In this document: one piece after another, positions 26,472 through 36,224 of the stretch
Numbering within the stretch: position 1 is the first letter of the stretch
Layout of the letters: every line of letters begins with the position of its first letter
Translations under genes and position numbers: made by a program
Virus record (IMG/VR): IMGVR_UViG_3300005440_000008
Location: 1 to 64,000 of that record
Length of the DNA stretch: 64,000 nt
Strand: one strand, 5' to 3'
Source: a virus
Lineage: Duplodnaviria > Caudoviricetes
The notes under the pieces: generated by a model
Database searches by the model: none
Told to the model about the DNA's origin: nothing
Seen by the model: the letters and a program-made list of their open reading frames with translations, nothing else

Positions 26472-28372
26472 TACGCCGCCGCGGCCGCCCCGCCGATGCG
26501 CGCCACCGTGCTTCCCTGCTCGCCGGCCGTGATCAGGTAGGCTGCGACGCCGTCTGGGAACGGGCCCGCGGGCGCCTCCGGCGTGGTGTAGGTCGCGAAC
26601 ACGAGGCACTGCTCGGCCCACCCCTTCAGGATCGCCATAGACAGCACGCCGAAGCAGCGCTGGCGGTTCTCGCGATCCAGGAGGTCGAAGCGATCGAGCA
26701 CGACGAGCCGCGCGCCACTCGCCTCCGCGAGCGCGACCTGGAAGGCCACGCCCGCCCGGTAGAGCTCGCTCTCCGCCATCAGCGTCGGCGGGAGCCCGTT
26801 CAAGAGCACCGACCACGGGTCGGCCTGGATCGTGAGCCGGAGCCCGAAGTGCCCCATGATCTCGTTCACGCGATCAAGGAGCGCGCCCAGGCGCTCGACC
26901 AGGAGGCGCTCGGAGGTCCCCTTGGGCCCGAAGGCCTCGACCAGGCGCTCGAGCGCCGTGTGCTCGGCCTCGAGGCGCGTGCGCCGGGCCCGATCGGCCG
27001 CCGCGCGCTCGCGCTCCTGGAGCTGCCGGGACGCCTCGGCGAGGTTCTGCTGGCCGCGCTCGACGCGCTGGCGGAGCGCGCTGACGGACGCCTCGGCCGC
27101 GGTGGTGTCGAGCGTGCGCAGGCGCCCCACCGCGGCGTCGTGCTCGCCCCGGGCCGCGGCATGCGTGCCACTCAGCGACTCGATCGACTCGACGCGCCGC
27201 TGCGCCTCCACCACGCGCGCCTCGAAGGCGGGAATGTTCGGGCGCGGCGCCGGCGTGTAGGCCGCCACCTCCGCCTCGAGGGTGGCGATCGACTGATCCC
27301 AGGTGGCGAGCATGCCGCCCCGAGCCTCCGTCGTGAGCGGGCACGGGATCTCCTCGGAGATCACGCAGACCTCGCCGAGCTTGCCGAGATGGCCGCGCCG
27401 GGTCCGGATCCCGGACAGGCGGTCGCGCTTCGTCGTGTGGGCGGTGGCGGCCGTCTCCGCCGCGGCCGCATCCTTCTTGGCGCTGGCCAGGCTCCGCTCG
27501 GCCTCGCTGACGGCCTTCTTCGCCTTGTCGAGCGGCCCGAGCTCCTGGAGGCGGGTGGCCGCCTGGTCCACCTGGGTGGCGAGCTCGGTGCGGCGCTGCT
27601 CGAGCGTCGCGCGCTCGCCCAGGACCTGGCCGTGCTCGCGCGTCAGCCGCTCGAGCTCGTCCTGGAGCTCCCGGAGCTTGCCCTGGATGGCGCCGACATC
27701 CGGGGGCGCCCCCTCGAGGTCCACGTGCGCGGTCCCCTGCGCGTCGCGCTTCGCGGCGGTGAGGTCTCGGCCCACGTCCCGGCGGCGCTGATAGACCGTG
27801 TCGTAGGCGGTGGTGAGCGCGCCGAGCGTCGCCGGCGCCGAGATCCCGACGGCCTCGAGGGGCAGGCCCTCGAGCGCGGCCGGAGGCACGGACTGGTCCA
27901 CGAGCTGGACAAGCAACTCCTTCTGGCGGCCGGCCGCCTTCGCGGCGCCCTGGGCCATGTCGAAGAACCCGCCGACGTTGCACGCGATCCGGAGGACCGC
28001 GTCGGGATCCGCCATCCCCGGCGGTGTATAGAGATCGAGCATCGCCTTGCCGGCCTCGTGCCCGTTGATCTTGGTCTCGGTGCCCTTGGGTGTGATGCGG
28101 CGCCAGACGTCGACGGCCTTGGCGCCGGCGGTCGGATGCACCTGCCCCCGGACCGAGCCGAGCGATTCGCCCGTCCGGATCAGGCTCGACACGGGGACGG
28201 CCGAGCCCTGAAGGTCAGCGGTCTCCCCGCGGAGCACGAGCTCGACGGCGCGGCGGAGCGTGGACTTTCCCGCGCCGTTCCGGGCCAGGAAGAACGCGAT
28301 GGGCCGGTCGAGGGCAATCTCCACCTGCCGGAAGCAGCCGAAGTGCGTGCAGGTCAGCGTGTCGATCTTCAT
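26471..28372 (-). CDS. SMC/Rad50/SbcC-like ATPase
   Basis: ARNGAGKST, long coiled coils, central CVISEEIPCP hook-like motif, C-terminal LVVLDRFDLLD. Confidence 0.88.
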   Translation of the reverse strand: MKIDTLTCTHFGCFRQVEIALDRPIAFFLARNGAGKSTLRRAVELVLRGETADLQGSAVPVSSLIRTGESLGSVRGQVHPTAGAKAVDVWRRITPKGTETKINGHEAGKAMLDLYTPPGMADPDAVLRIACNVGGFFDMAQGAAKAAGRQKELLVQLVDQSVPPAALEGLPLEAVGISAPATLGALTTAYDTVYQRRRDVGRDLTAAKRDAQGTAHVDLEGAPPDVGAIQGKLRELQDELERLTREHGQVLGERATLEQRRTELATQVDQAATRLQELGPLDKAKKAVSEAERSLASAKKDAAAAETAATAHTTKRDRLSGIRTRRGHLGKLGEVCVISEEIPCPLTTEARGGMLATWDQSIATLEAEVAAYTPAPRPNIPAFEARVVEAQRRVESIESLSGTHAAARGEHDAAVGRLRTLDTTAAEASVSALRQRVERGQQNLAEASRQLQERERAAADRARRTRLEAEHTALERLVEAFGPKGTSERLLVERLGALLDRVNEIMGHFGLRLTIQADPWSVLLNGLPPTLMAESELYRAGVAFQVALAEASGARLVVLDRFDLLDRENRQRCFGVLSMAILKGWAEQCLVFATYTTPEAPAGPFPDGVAAYLITAGEQGSTVARIGGAAAAA

Positions 28373-28794
28373 CGCACGGCCTCCAGCTCGCGCACGATGC
28401 TGCGCGCCTCGCGGACCCAGTCCACCTCGTCGGGTGGGGCACTGTTCTCGTCGTGGAACTCGACCAGGCGCTCGAGGATGTCGAGCATGTCGAGGGCGCG
28501 GTCGCTCACGCGCGGGTCGATCACCTGGTTCGGCGGCATGCAGGGCGGGCAGTAGCGGTCCGTGGTCGAGGGCCACACCGTGTCGCCCAGGACGCCGCAG
28601 TTGTCGCACCGCTGGCCGTTTGCAATGGCGAGCTGGCAGTCCTCACAGAGCGTGCCGTCCTCGCCCGGGCAGTAGCCGCCGCAGCCGCCGTCCTCGTCGC
28701 GCTCGACGGGGCCCGCGCACTGGACGCGGGCCGCGCACGGGCCGCTTGGCAGCGCGCCCGTGCAGCGATGGGTGTGGATCGTCCGCGTGGCCAT
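28369..28794 (-). CDS. Cys-rich hypothetical protein
   Basis: Multiple CxxC motifs. Confidence 0.6.
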   Translation of the reverse strand: MATRTIHTHRCTGALPSGPCAARVQCAGPVERDEDGGCGGYCPGEDGTLCEDCQLAIANGQRCDNCGVLGDTVWPSTTDRYCPPCMPPNQVIDPRVSDRALDMLDILERLVEFHDENSAPPDEVDWVREARSIVRELEAVR

Positions 28795-28796
28795 GG

Positions 28797-29735
28797 CTAG
28801 AACTCCATCAGCTTTTGGGCGCCCGCGGCCGACGCGCCGGGCGACGCCGTGGACGCCGTGGACGCGGTCGGGGCGGACCCCTCCGCCGCGGTGCCCGGCC
28901 GCACGTCGTTCTGCCCCTTCGCGTCGCCGCCCAGGATCGACTCCGTCGACAACCCCCCAGGTCGAACCGTAGTCGGCTCGGCCTCTGCTTCGCGCAGGAC
29001 CTGCGCGAGGGTCGTCTCCCCGTCCTGGATCGCCGTCCGCATTCCGCGGAGGCTCACGAGGTCGTCCACGGTGATGTCGGCCAGGCCGGTGCGCCCGATG
29101 ATCTTGAGGATCTGCTCCGGCCGTGCGCCGAGCTTGCCGAACCACTCGAACTCGCGCGTCCGGCGCTGCTCCATCGTCAGCGCCTTGCCGAGGCTCGCCT
29201 TCTTGGCCTCCTCATAGATGTCCTTCACGAACGCGAATGGCACCACCTTGAAGATGGCCTGGCGGAGCGCGATCGAGCAGGCGGCGTTGCTGACGACGCC
29301 GATCATGTCGTCGGAGTACCGCCCCTTCCGACCCGTGATCCGCCGCGTCACCTCGACCGCGCAGGCATGGTTCGTCTCGAGGTCGAAGGCCGCGCCCTGG
29401 GCCTTGACGTACCGCTCTCCCACCTCGACCACACGGGCGCCGGTCCGCAGGTTCCCCCAGGCGGACGCGACGATCTCGGCCAAGCGCACCGAGGGGCCCT
29501 CGATACGCTTGCCGTCGCGCGGGAGCACATAGAACATGCTGCCGGCGGTGTCCTCGTCGAGCGTGGCCATCTCGAAGGCCTGCTTCTTGAACCGCACGAT
29601 GCTGCGCGGCCACCGCCGCGCCGTGGCGATCTGGATGTCGATCTCCGCGCGGTTCAGCGCGGGGAGCGCGGAGGAGGCGTCCAGGACCTCGGCCTCGCCC
29701 TCCTCGGACATGTCACCGTTTCGCTTCGCGTCCAT
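28797..29735 (-). CDS. Conserved phage protein, putative ssDNA-annealing/recombination protein
   Basis: EIDIQIATARRWPR, IEGPSVRLAE..WGNL, AFDLETN; function inferred from position after the exonuclease. Confidence 0.65.
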   Translation of the reverse strand: MDAKRNGDMSEEGEAEVLDASSALPALNRAEIDIQIATARRWPRSIVRFKKQAFEMATLDEDTAGSMFYVLPRDGKRIEGPSVRLAEIVASAWGNLRTGARVVEVGERYVKAQGAAFDLETNHACAVEVTRRITGRKGRYSDDMIGVVSNAACSIALRQAIFKVVPFAFVKDIYEEAKKASLGKALTMEQRRTREFEWFGKLGARPEQILKIIGRTGLADITVDDLVSLRGMRTAIQDGETTLAQVLREAEAEPTTVRPGGLSTESILGGDAKGQNDVRPGTAAEGSAPTASTASTASPGASAAGAQKLMEF

Positions 29736-29781
29736 CGGCTGCTCCTCTTGGCCGTCCACGGGGGACCGGCTGCTGGGACTG

Positions 29782-30609
29782 TTAGTCGCGCGGGCGCGTG
29801 TCGCCGCGCCGGACGTACACGCAGTCACGGAAGTACTGACACCACGACGCCGAGCACCACCACGACTCCGGATTGGTCGGCACGAATGAACCCCGCTTGA
29901 CCGCCTCGACGCCGACGTTGAGCCGGTTCACGAGAGCGGTCAGGTCCTCCGCGGTCCGGGTGGTCGCGAGCGCGACGTGCTTCTTCTCGGCGCGCGCTGG
30001 CGTGCGGACGAGGTAGTCGAGGACCTGGCCCGCCGGGAGCTGCCGCGTCTCGGCGCTGCGCAACAGGGTGTAGTAGGTCAGCTGCTGCGAGTCCTCGGCG
30101 GCGGACTTCGACGGCGACTTCTCGGCGCTCTTCGTATCCCGGATGATCTCGCCGGCCGACGTCCGGTCGACCAGGTCGATCGTCCCGTGGATCTCGATGT
30201 CGGAGCCCTGCGGCTTCACGATGATCTTCCGCTCGACGCCGACGGGGGTGATGCCGGGCGCCACGCGCTCGACGTGAAACCCGGCGAGGTCGACGGCGAA
30301 GTCCTTCGTGTGGGCCCGGACGGCGCCGACGGGCTCGCCCTGCTCGTCGGGGCTGAGCTCGACGCCCTCGCTCCAGGCCGCCTCGAACTCCGTGGCCGCC
30401 GTGTCGCGCGCCTCCTCGAGGGTCGGCAGCGTCTGGGTCTCGAGCTTCCGCAGCATGGCCCGGCCCACCGCCCGATGCACCACGGTGCCGCGGACCTGCC
30501 GGGGCGACGAGGGCCGGGAGTCCTTCTCGATGTAGGCCCGTCGAAACTTCTCCCCGCATTCCTGCAAGGTTCGGAGCGCGGAGTTGTTCCAGCTAAGCAG
30601 CTCGGCCAT
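29782..30609 (-). CDS. Cas4/RecB-like PD-(D/E)XK exonuclease
   Basis: C..K, GTVVH, GTIDL, DTKS, QLTYY, C-terminal CSASWCQYFRDC. Confidence 0.9.
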   Translation of the reverse strand: MAELLSWNNSALRTLQECGEKFRRAYIEKDSRPSSPRQVRGTVVHRAVGRAMLRKLETQTLPTLEEARDTAATEFEAAWSEGVELSPDEQGEPVGAVRAHTKDFAVDLAGFHVERVAPGITPVGVERKIIVKPQGSDIEIHGTIDLVDRTSAGEIIRDTKSAEKSPSKSAAEDSQQLTYYTLLRSAETRQLPAGQVLDYLVRTPARAEKKHVALATTRTAEDLTALVNRLNVGVEAVKRGSFVPTNPESWWCSASWCQYFRDCVYVRRGDTRPRD

Positions 30610-30895
30610 GGGCCGCCTCCTCCCCCGCCTTCCGCGCCGCGACGAACCGCGCGCACCGGCAGGTCCAGCACTCCGGGAAGTACTCGGCGGTGACGCCCGG
30701 CGGGTGCGCATGCGCGCGTCCACACTCCGGACACGTCTCGACGGGCCAGGCCTCGACCTCGTGGAGCCGGAACGTCCCGTACGGCGTCTCGATCGGCGTC
30801 AGCGCCGCGGGTCGGGCCGCGTAACAGCGGCTGCAGCCCTCCCGGCAGGCGCCATTGGTCCAGTCGCACGACGGACAGAGCCAGCTCGTCAGCAC
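30593..30895 (-). CDS. Zn-ribbon hypothetical protein
   Basis: WLCPSC, CSRC, CPECG. Confidence 0.55.
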   Translation of the reverse strand: MLTSWLCPSCDWTNGACREGCSRCYAARPAALTPIETPYGTFRLHEVEAWPVETCPECGRAHAHPPGVTAEYFPECWTCRCARFVAARKAGEEAAHGRAA

Positions 30896-31116
30896 GGGGT
30901 GCCTTCCTGGCTCGCGGCGGCGTCCACGAGTGCGTCGACCGCCTCCGACTCGGCGACGGTGGCGAGGAACACGATCTCGCGCTGGCAGGCCTGCTCGAGC
31001 GCGCTCACCTGGAGCGCGAGCGCGTGACAGCCGTCGCGGCGGAGGACCGCTCGCGCCGAGTCGAGCAATCCGGCGGCGTCCTCGATGGCGTCGATCTTTC
31101 GCCCGACGCGGCTCAT
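30889..31116 (-). CDS. Hypothetical protein
   Basis: Coupled early-operon ORF. Confidence 0.5.
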   Translation of the reverse strand: MSRVGRKIDAIEDAAGLLDSARAVLRRDGCHALALQVSALEQACQREIVFLATVAESEAVDALVDAAASQEGTPC

Positions 31117-31520
31117 GCCGACGGCCGCTCCGCGCCGGTTGCGAACATCGCCACGAACACGACGCCCAGGACGAAGCCGAGCACGAGGCACGCGAGCGGG
31201 ATCACGCCGACCCCAGCAGGGCGAACACGACGCCCCACACGATCACGGCCAGCACCAGCAGGACTCCGCCCAGTCGATCCTCGAGCTTCTGGCTCAGGCT
31301 CATGCGACGCTCCTTCCCTCGGCGCTGTCGCAGCCCACGCACTGGATGCGGTACCGGCCCGGCTCGGGCAGCGCCCGGGCCACGAACCAGCAGTGCGCCG
31401 CGCGACAGGTCGGACAGGCCTCCGCGGCTTCGGGGGGCACCACCACCAGGTGGGCCCAGGGTTCTCCGTAGATCGGGATCACACGACCGTGCGGCGCCCG
31501 GACCCCCGCGCCGACCGCCG

Positions 31521-31907
31521 TCACCGCTGCGCCTCCAGCGCCCGTCGCCCTTCCACGGTGAGGGTGACCACCTTGGCGGGCCGGCCGCTGCGGGTCCGTC
31601 GCGTGCCGCCGCGCTCGTCGACGGCGCCGAGCTCGAGCAGGTCGTCCACGCGGGCACAGACCACCGGGATCCGGAGCCCGGTGCCGCACTCGATCTCGTC
31701 CCGGGTGGCCCCGTCGCGCCGCGTCGCGACATAGCGGAGGACGGTCCAGAGCCCGCGGTTGGCCGTGGAGATCACCGCCTCCGCGGCCGCGCGCGACGTC
31801 TCCGCTTGGTTGTGGGGCGGCAGGCCGCCGTGGAGATGCGCCGGGTATTCGGTCCCCGCAGGGGGCACCACCGCGGCCACGAAGGGAAAGGTGCCCTGGG
31901 TGCTCAT
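31521..31907 (-). CDS. Winged-helix DNA-binding protein
   Basis: TSRAAA..GATRDEI...VCARVDDL...RRTRSGRPAKV. Confidence 0.75.
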   Translation of the reverse strand: MSTQGTFPFVAAVVPPAGTEYPAHLHGGLPPHNQAETSRAAAEAVISTANRGLWTVLRYVATRRDGATRDEIECGTGLRIPVVCARVDDLLELGAVDERGGTRRTRSGRPAKVVTLTVEGRRALEAQR

Positions 31908-32287
31908 CGCGCTGCCCGCGCTTTGCTCTTACCGGGCAGCTCACCCAGGTCGAGCACCATCTGCATCTTCGGGGTGAGGCGCACGATGTCCTGCTTGAGC
32001 TCCGCCAGGAGCTCGCCGAGCCGGGCCTCCTTGGGCCGGACCTCGTAACCGAGGAGGTCGGCGAGCGTGAAGAGGACGGACGCGTTGCCGGTCACCCGCA
32101 TCAGCTTGACCAGGTGCTCGTCGTCCGCCGGGAACGGCTTGAGGCTGTCCCCGCCGAGCGTCGTGCGGTGCGACAGCTCCGACGGGGACCAGTCGAGCTC
32201 GGCGGCCAGGGCCTTCATGGGCTGCTGGGCGCCCGTGGCGGTCGCGTTGAGCGCCTCACGGATCGTCGGGAACACGTGCCCCGTCAT
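31904..32287 (-). CDS. CII-like phage regulatory protein
   Basis: MKALAAELDWSPSELS...LMRVTG..VLFTLADLLG; lies directly after cro. Confidence 0.65.
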   Translation of the reverse strand: MTGHVFPTIREALNATATGAQQPMKALAAELDWSPSELSHRTTLGGDSLKPFPADDEHLVKLMRVTGNASVLFTLADLLGYEVRPKEARLGELLAELKQDIVRLTPKMQMVLDLGELPGKSKARAAR

Positions 32288-32368
32288 CGCGGGCCCCCGG
32301 ACGCCGGCAAGCCCGGGCAATTACTTGCCTGGACGTGCCCGGCCGAGTCGCGAAAGAGTGGGCCCATG

Positions 32369-32587
32369 TCAGGCGGCCGCTTCCGCGAAGAAGCTCTCGA
32401 GCTTCGCGCCGGTCACGTTCACCATCCGGAGGAGGTTCTCGATAGTCGGCTCCGTGGCGCCGCTCTCCCACTGAGAGACAGCCTGCTTGCTGACACCGAC
32501 CCGCTGCGCGAACTCCTGCTGGTTGTCTCCGAGGCCTTCGCGCAGCGCTCGAATCTGATCGGGCTTGAAGGTCAGCACCTGATTCAT
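32369..32587 (-). CDS. Cro-like XRE HTH regulator
   Basis: IRALREGLGDNQQEFAQRVGVSKQAVSQWESG; divergent from the repressor. Confidence 0.9.
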   Translation of the reverse strand: MNQVLTFKPDQIRALREGLGDNQQEFAQRVGVSKQAVSQWESGATEPTIENLLRMVNVTGAKLESFFAEAAA

Positions 32588-32659
32588 GGGCGTGAACCTA
32601 CCAAGTGCTTGGTTGGTTGTCAAGACACTTTTTTCTGGCCAGTGTCCGCCCTTGACGCC
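32588..32659. promoter_or_regulatory. cI/cro divergent promoter-operator region
   Basis: AT-richer gap; TTGACA on minus (32619-32624); palindrome CCAAG-tg-CTTGG; nested inverted repeats GTCAAG/CTTGAC and GACACT/AGTGTC. Confidence 0.7.
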
Positions 32660-32692
32660 GTGAAAAAGGTCCCGGCCGGACTCAGTAAGGAC

Positions 32693-33073
32693 ATGATGGT
32701 CAAGCGCGTGGGCGCGTGGCTCGAGTACTATCGTCGCCAGCGCGAGACCGCGCGCAAGAAGCCCATTCCGCATAAGGCCATGGCGGCCGCGGCGGGTGTG
32801 TCACCCCAGGCGTATAGCAATGTCGCGAAGGGCGGGACGGTCAGCTTTCAGTCGCTGTTCGCGTACCTCGAGTTCCTCGGGGTGGCGAAGCAGGAGGCGA
32901 TGGCGATCCGGCGGCTCCTGGCAAGCTCGCAGATCGACGACGAAGACATCCGGCAGGAACTCGCGCAGGCGGCCAGTCGCGTGCTCGGGAATCTCGACGC
33001 GCCGGGAATCGATCTCACGGAGGACCGGCGGCTGGCTCGTCCGCGGTCGCGGGGACGCACAGCGCTTGGGTAG
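32693..33073 (+). CDS. CI-like XRE HTH repressor (no peptidase domain)
   Basis: HKAMAAAAGVSPQAYSNVAKG HTH; divergent from cro; start could be GTG 32660. Confidence 0.7.
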   Translation: MMVKRVGAWLEYYRRQRETARKKPIPHKAMAAAAGVSPQAYSNVAKGGTVSFQSLFAYLEFLGVAKQEAMAIRRLLASSQIDDEDIRQELAQAASRVLGNLDAPGIDLTEDRRLARPRSRGRTALG

Positions 33074-33209
33074 CGTGGCGTCGCCCGCTTGCGGCGGCCC
33101 CGGGGCGACGCGATCACTGGCCGCGGTGTACCACCGACGTGGGCGCCGCCGCTCGGTGTCGCCAGATCGTCAGGCGGATGCGCCTGTCGGTGCGGCTGAG
33201 GAGACTGGG

Positions 33210-33488
33210 ATGGGGACTCGTTCGACCCGAGCCGTGATACACGTCCTTACTGCTACCCTCGCGGTCGCGATCCTTCTCACCGCGACGGCAGCCGAGAGCG
33301 CGGGTGGGTACGTCCTTTGGGGCCGCGAGCGCGACACGGGCAAGATTGAGAAGAAGGCGTCAGCCTGGGACTCGATTCGGTGTCTCGAGCTCAAGCGGAC
33401 GCTCGAAGCGAGCGGCGCGCGCTACTGGGACTACGCCTGTGTCAAGGAAGGGCTGGATCCGAAGACCGAAGTCGCGAGGTGGAAATGA
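33210..33488 (+). CDS. Small secreted hypothetical protein
   Basis: Signal peptide; two Cys; GAGGAG RBS. Confidence 0.6.
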   Translation: MGTRSTRAVIHVLTATLAVAILLTATAAESAGGYVLWGRERDTGKIEKKASAWDSIRCLELKRTLEASGARYWDYACVKEGLDPKTEVARWK

Positions 33489-33557
33489 GTTGCGGCTACT
33501 GGTTCCGGCTTTCTACGGCTGACCGAGGCTTCATTCAATGAGATGGGATGCGAGCCG

Positions 33558-33803
33558 ATGCGACGCGTGATCCTTGCCATCGCAGTTGCCGTCGCGGTCG
33601 TCCAGGCTGGCTGTAGCAGGGTGGTCTATCGGAATCCAGATTACACGCCTCAGCTCTGGGCCCGCGACAGCTACGAGTGTGAGCGGGACTCGCGCCAGAG
33701 CGGCTACTTCGGCACCGGCATTCTAGGACAACTCAACATGCTGGAGTTCTATGACCGCTGCCTTGCGGCGCGGGGATGGACGAAGACCCGGGAGCCCAGA
33801 TGA
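33558..33803 (+). CDS. Small lipoprotein
   Basis: Lipobox VQAGC; D.YEC...CLAARGW. Confidence 0.75.
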   Translation: MRRVILAIAVAVAVVQAGCSRVVYRNPDYTPQLWARDSYECERDSRQSGYFGTGILGQLNMLEFYDRCLAARGWTKTREPR

Positions 33804-34591
33804 GGCACTATCGCGCGGCGCGAGTCGGGTTCATCGCGATCGCGGCGCTCACGACCGCCTGCATGTCCACGCCGACACGGCTCGACCCCGATCAGCTTGC
33901 GCGGCTTCGGCAGCTGCCGACGATTCACGTCATCCACTACGCGGCCGCGCCGCTCCTCGCCTTCGGACCTAACGACTTGAATCCTCGGTTCGGGCCAGCA
34001 CTTGCCATCCTGGCGGACAACATGATCGTCTACGAGCAAGCTCGATACCGTGGCGAGCAACTGGCGACCCGTCTAAGACTCGAGGATCCAACGGCGACGG
34101 TTGTGCAAACCGTCCTCGACGATCTCCGGCAGTACGCTGGTTTCAACAATCTTCGCCTAGCGTCCTCCCGATTTCCCTCTGATGCCAACACGTACATCCC
34201 CGATGTCATCGCGCGACTCCGCCAGGCACTGGGCCCAGTGACTGCCTTGGAGTTCACGGCGCCCACGTGGATCCTTGCCAGGGCAGCGCCCGACGACCGC
34301 ATACGGTACCGCGTGAACTACAGCATAGGCGCGCGCATTTGGGATTTGGCGGAGGGTGATCTTCTTTGGACCGGATCAACGCTGTGCGCCACATCCCCCG
34401 CCCTATATCAGGCCGAGGTTGATGGGCCGAGCCTCAGAGCGGAGCTCCTCGCCATGGCCGACCGGTGCAGCAGTGCCTTGACCCAGCAGATCGCGGCTCC
34501 CCTGATCCGCGGTCTAGCTCCCTCGGCCGCGTGTCCGATCGGCCGGTACTGGAACAGTGACGTTGGAGCATGTGTCCGAATCAGTCCGTGA
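33800..34591 (+). CDS. Putative lipoprotein
   Basis: Lipobox LTTAC; ATGA overlap. Confidence 0.7.
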   Translation: MRHYRAARVGFIAIAALTTACMSTPTRLDPDQLARLRQLPTIHVIHYAAAPLLAFGPNDLNPRFGPALAILADNMIVYEQARYRGEQLATRLRLEDPTATVVQTVLDDLRQYAGFNNLRLASSRFPSDANTYIPDVIARLRQALGPVTALEFTAPTWILARAAPDDRIRYRVNYSIGARIWDLAEGDLLWTGSTLCATSPALYQAEVDGPSLRAELLAMADRCSSALTQQIAAPLIRGLAPSAACPIGRYWNSDVGACVRISP

Positions 34592-34597
34592 TCGGTC

Positions 34598-35314
34598 GTG
34601 GCGCTCTCGCCCGTCGCACCGACATCAACGCGGCCCATCGCTAACGTGCCCGTCTTCACGCTCACCTTCCTGAATTCCACGTCCTCCGCGTACCGGGACG
34701 CCGTCCGGCTCGCTCGGATGTTCCGATCGCACCAGGTGATACCCCGCGGCCGTCGGGTCGAGCACCAGGTGACCGTCCACGTAACGCCCGGCGAGCTCGC
34801 CTGGCTCACCGAGCTCTGGCGCCTGGTGGGCGCGTGGAAGGGCACGCTCCTCGTCCTCAACGGAGCGCCGCTCCCCCCGGCGCGCGGCCGCTGGATCCTC
34901 GACTGGCTCGGCTGCATGAGCCGCGCCGCCACCTTCGATCCACCACACCGCTACTGCCGGAGCGGGATCCCGTCTCTCCTCGGGACGGGCTTCGGCCAGC
35001 CGCGGGCCCAGCCGGACTGGTACCCGTGCCGGCTCTGGGCGGAGCGGCACGGCGCCTCGCCGGGCCGCATCAACTGGGCTGACCTGGAGCGCCGCCTCGA
35101 CCAGGTCCGGGCCGCCCTGACCGACCTGGGGCTCGCGGCGTGCCCGTTCCTCGACCTCGAGGCGTTCGCCCACGCGATCCGGGAGTGGGAGCCGGGCCTC
35201 GAGCTGGACGGGCTGAGCGCTGAGATGCCCGAGCCATCGGAGCCGCCCGTCTCGCCGGGCACCCTGGTGGACCTCTTCCTCCGGACCCTCGACGAGCCGC
35301 CCGAGCCCCGCTAA
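34598..35314 (+). CDS. Hypothetical protein (Cys-containing)
   Basis: 238-aa ORF with natural composition. Confidence 0.65.
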   Translation: MALSPVAPTSTRPIANVPVFTLTFLNSTSSAYRDAVRLARMFRSHQVIPRGRRVEHQVTVHVTPGELAWLTELWRLVGAWKGTLLVLNGAPLPPARGRWILDWLGCMSRAATFDPPHRYCRSGIPSLLGTGFGQPRAQPDWYPCRLWAERHGASPGRINWADLERRLDQVRAALTDLGLAACPFLDLEAFAHAIREWEPGLELDGLSAEMPEPSEPPVSPGTLVDLFLRTLDEPPEPR

Positions 35315-35322
35315 ATCTCCGC

Positions 35323-35355
35323 TTGACAGGTTATAAGGCTAGTATTATACTAGCC
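35323..35355 (+). promoter_or_regulatory. TA promoter with palindromic operator
   Basis: TTGACA (35323) - 17 bp - TATACT (35346); GGCTAGTAT-T-ATACTAGCC perfect inverted repeat over the -10 box. Confidence 0.88.
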
Positions 35356-35384
35356 CCAACCTGAGCACGAGGAGAGCGACGGCG

Positions 35385-35741
35385 ATGGCAGACGAGCAGA
35401 GCGGATGGCGGATCGAGTTCTACGTGACGCGCACCGGCGAGACACCGATGAAGACCTTCCTGGTGGGCCTCGCCGGTGACCACAAGGCCCAGGCCGCCGC
35501 GATGCTGGAACGCCTCCGCCGCGAGGGCAATCAGGTGCAGCGGTCCCGCCCCATCGAAACCGGCCTCTTCGAGGTGAAGGGCTATCAGGTCCGGCTCTAC
35601 TTCGTCTATCGCCCGGGACGGCGCATCGTCGTGCTCGACGGTGACGTGAAGAAGCAGGACAAGATCGCCCAGGACGCGCTGAAGCGGATCCGGGCATATC
35701 GACGGGACCTGGAGGCGCGGGAGCAGCGCGGATCGTCGTAA
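35385..35741 (+). CDS. RelE/HigB (Gp49-like) toxin
   Basis: WRIEFY..G..P..FL, GLFEVK..VRLYF, KKQDK. Confidence 0.88.
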   Translation: MADEQSGWRIEFYVTRTGETPMKTFLVGLAGDHKAQAAAMLERLRREGNQVQRSRPIETGLFEVKGYQVRLYFVYRPGRRIVVLDGDVKKQDKIAQDALKRIRAYRRDLEAREQRGSS

Positions 35742-35776
35742 CTCGCCCGGACCTGGCCTGGCGGAGAGAGAGGAGA

Positions 35777-36142
35777 ATGGGCATGAACCTCAAGGTGAAG
35801 ATGAAGCGGCCGGAGAAGACCAACGCCGAGGAATGGCTGGATGAGCAGTACGCGAAGGATCCGGGGCTGCGCGATCGCGTCGAGCAGCTTCTGACTCAGA
35901 TGGACCTCGAGGATCAGCTCGTGGCGCTCCGCGAGGCGCGCGGGCTGTCGCAGTCGGCCGTCGCCACGATGATCGGCGTGAGCCAGCCGCGGGTCGCGCA
36001 GCTCGAGGCGGGGCACGTGAAGAACCTGGAGCTCCGGACGCTGCTGCGCTACGTCACCGCGCTCGGCGGGGGCATCAAGATCACAATTCAGAAGCACGCG
36101 CCTGGCAAGGTTGTGGGGATGCGCAAGCGGGCGACTGCGTAA
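35777..36142 (+). CDS. HigA-type XRE HTH antitoxin
   Basis: LREARGLSQSAVATMIGVSQPRVAQLEAG..LRTLLRYVTALGG; toxin-first order. Confidence 0.9.
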   Translation: MGMNLKVKMKRPEKTNAEEWLDEQYAKDPGLRDRVEQLLTQMDLEDQLVALREARGLSQSAVATMIGVSQPRVAQLEAGHVKNLELRTLLRYVTALGGGIKITIQKHAPGKVVGMRKRATA

Positions 36143-36224
36143 CACGACAATGGCGATGGAACTGAACGCGTCCATCAAGCAGCTCGAGAGGGATCGTCAA
36201 CTGCCACGGACAACATAATCCTCC

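Noticed and set aside
29782-30609. Cas4 as evidence of a CRISPR-Cas system
   Set aside because: Stand-alone phage exonuclease in a recombination module; no cas1/cas2 or array.
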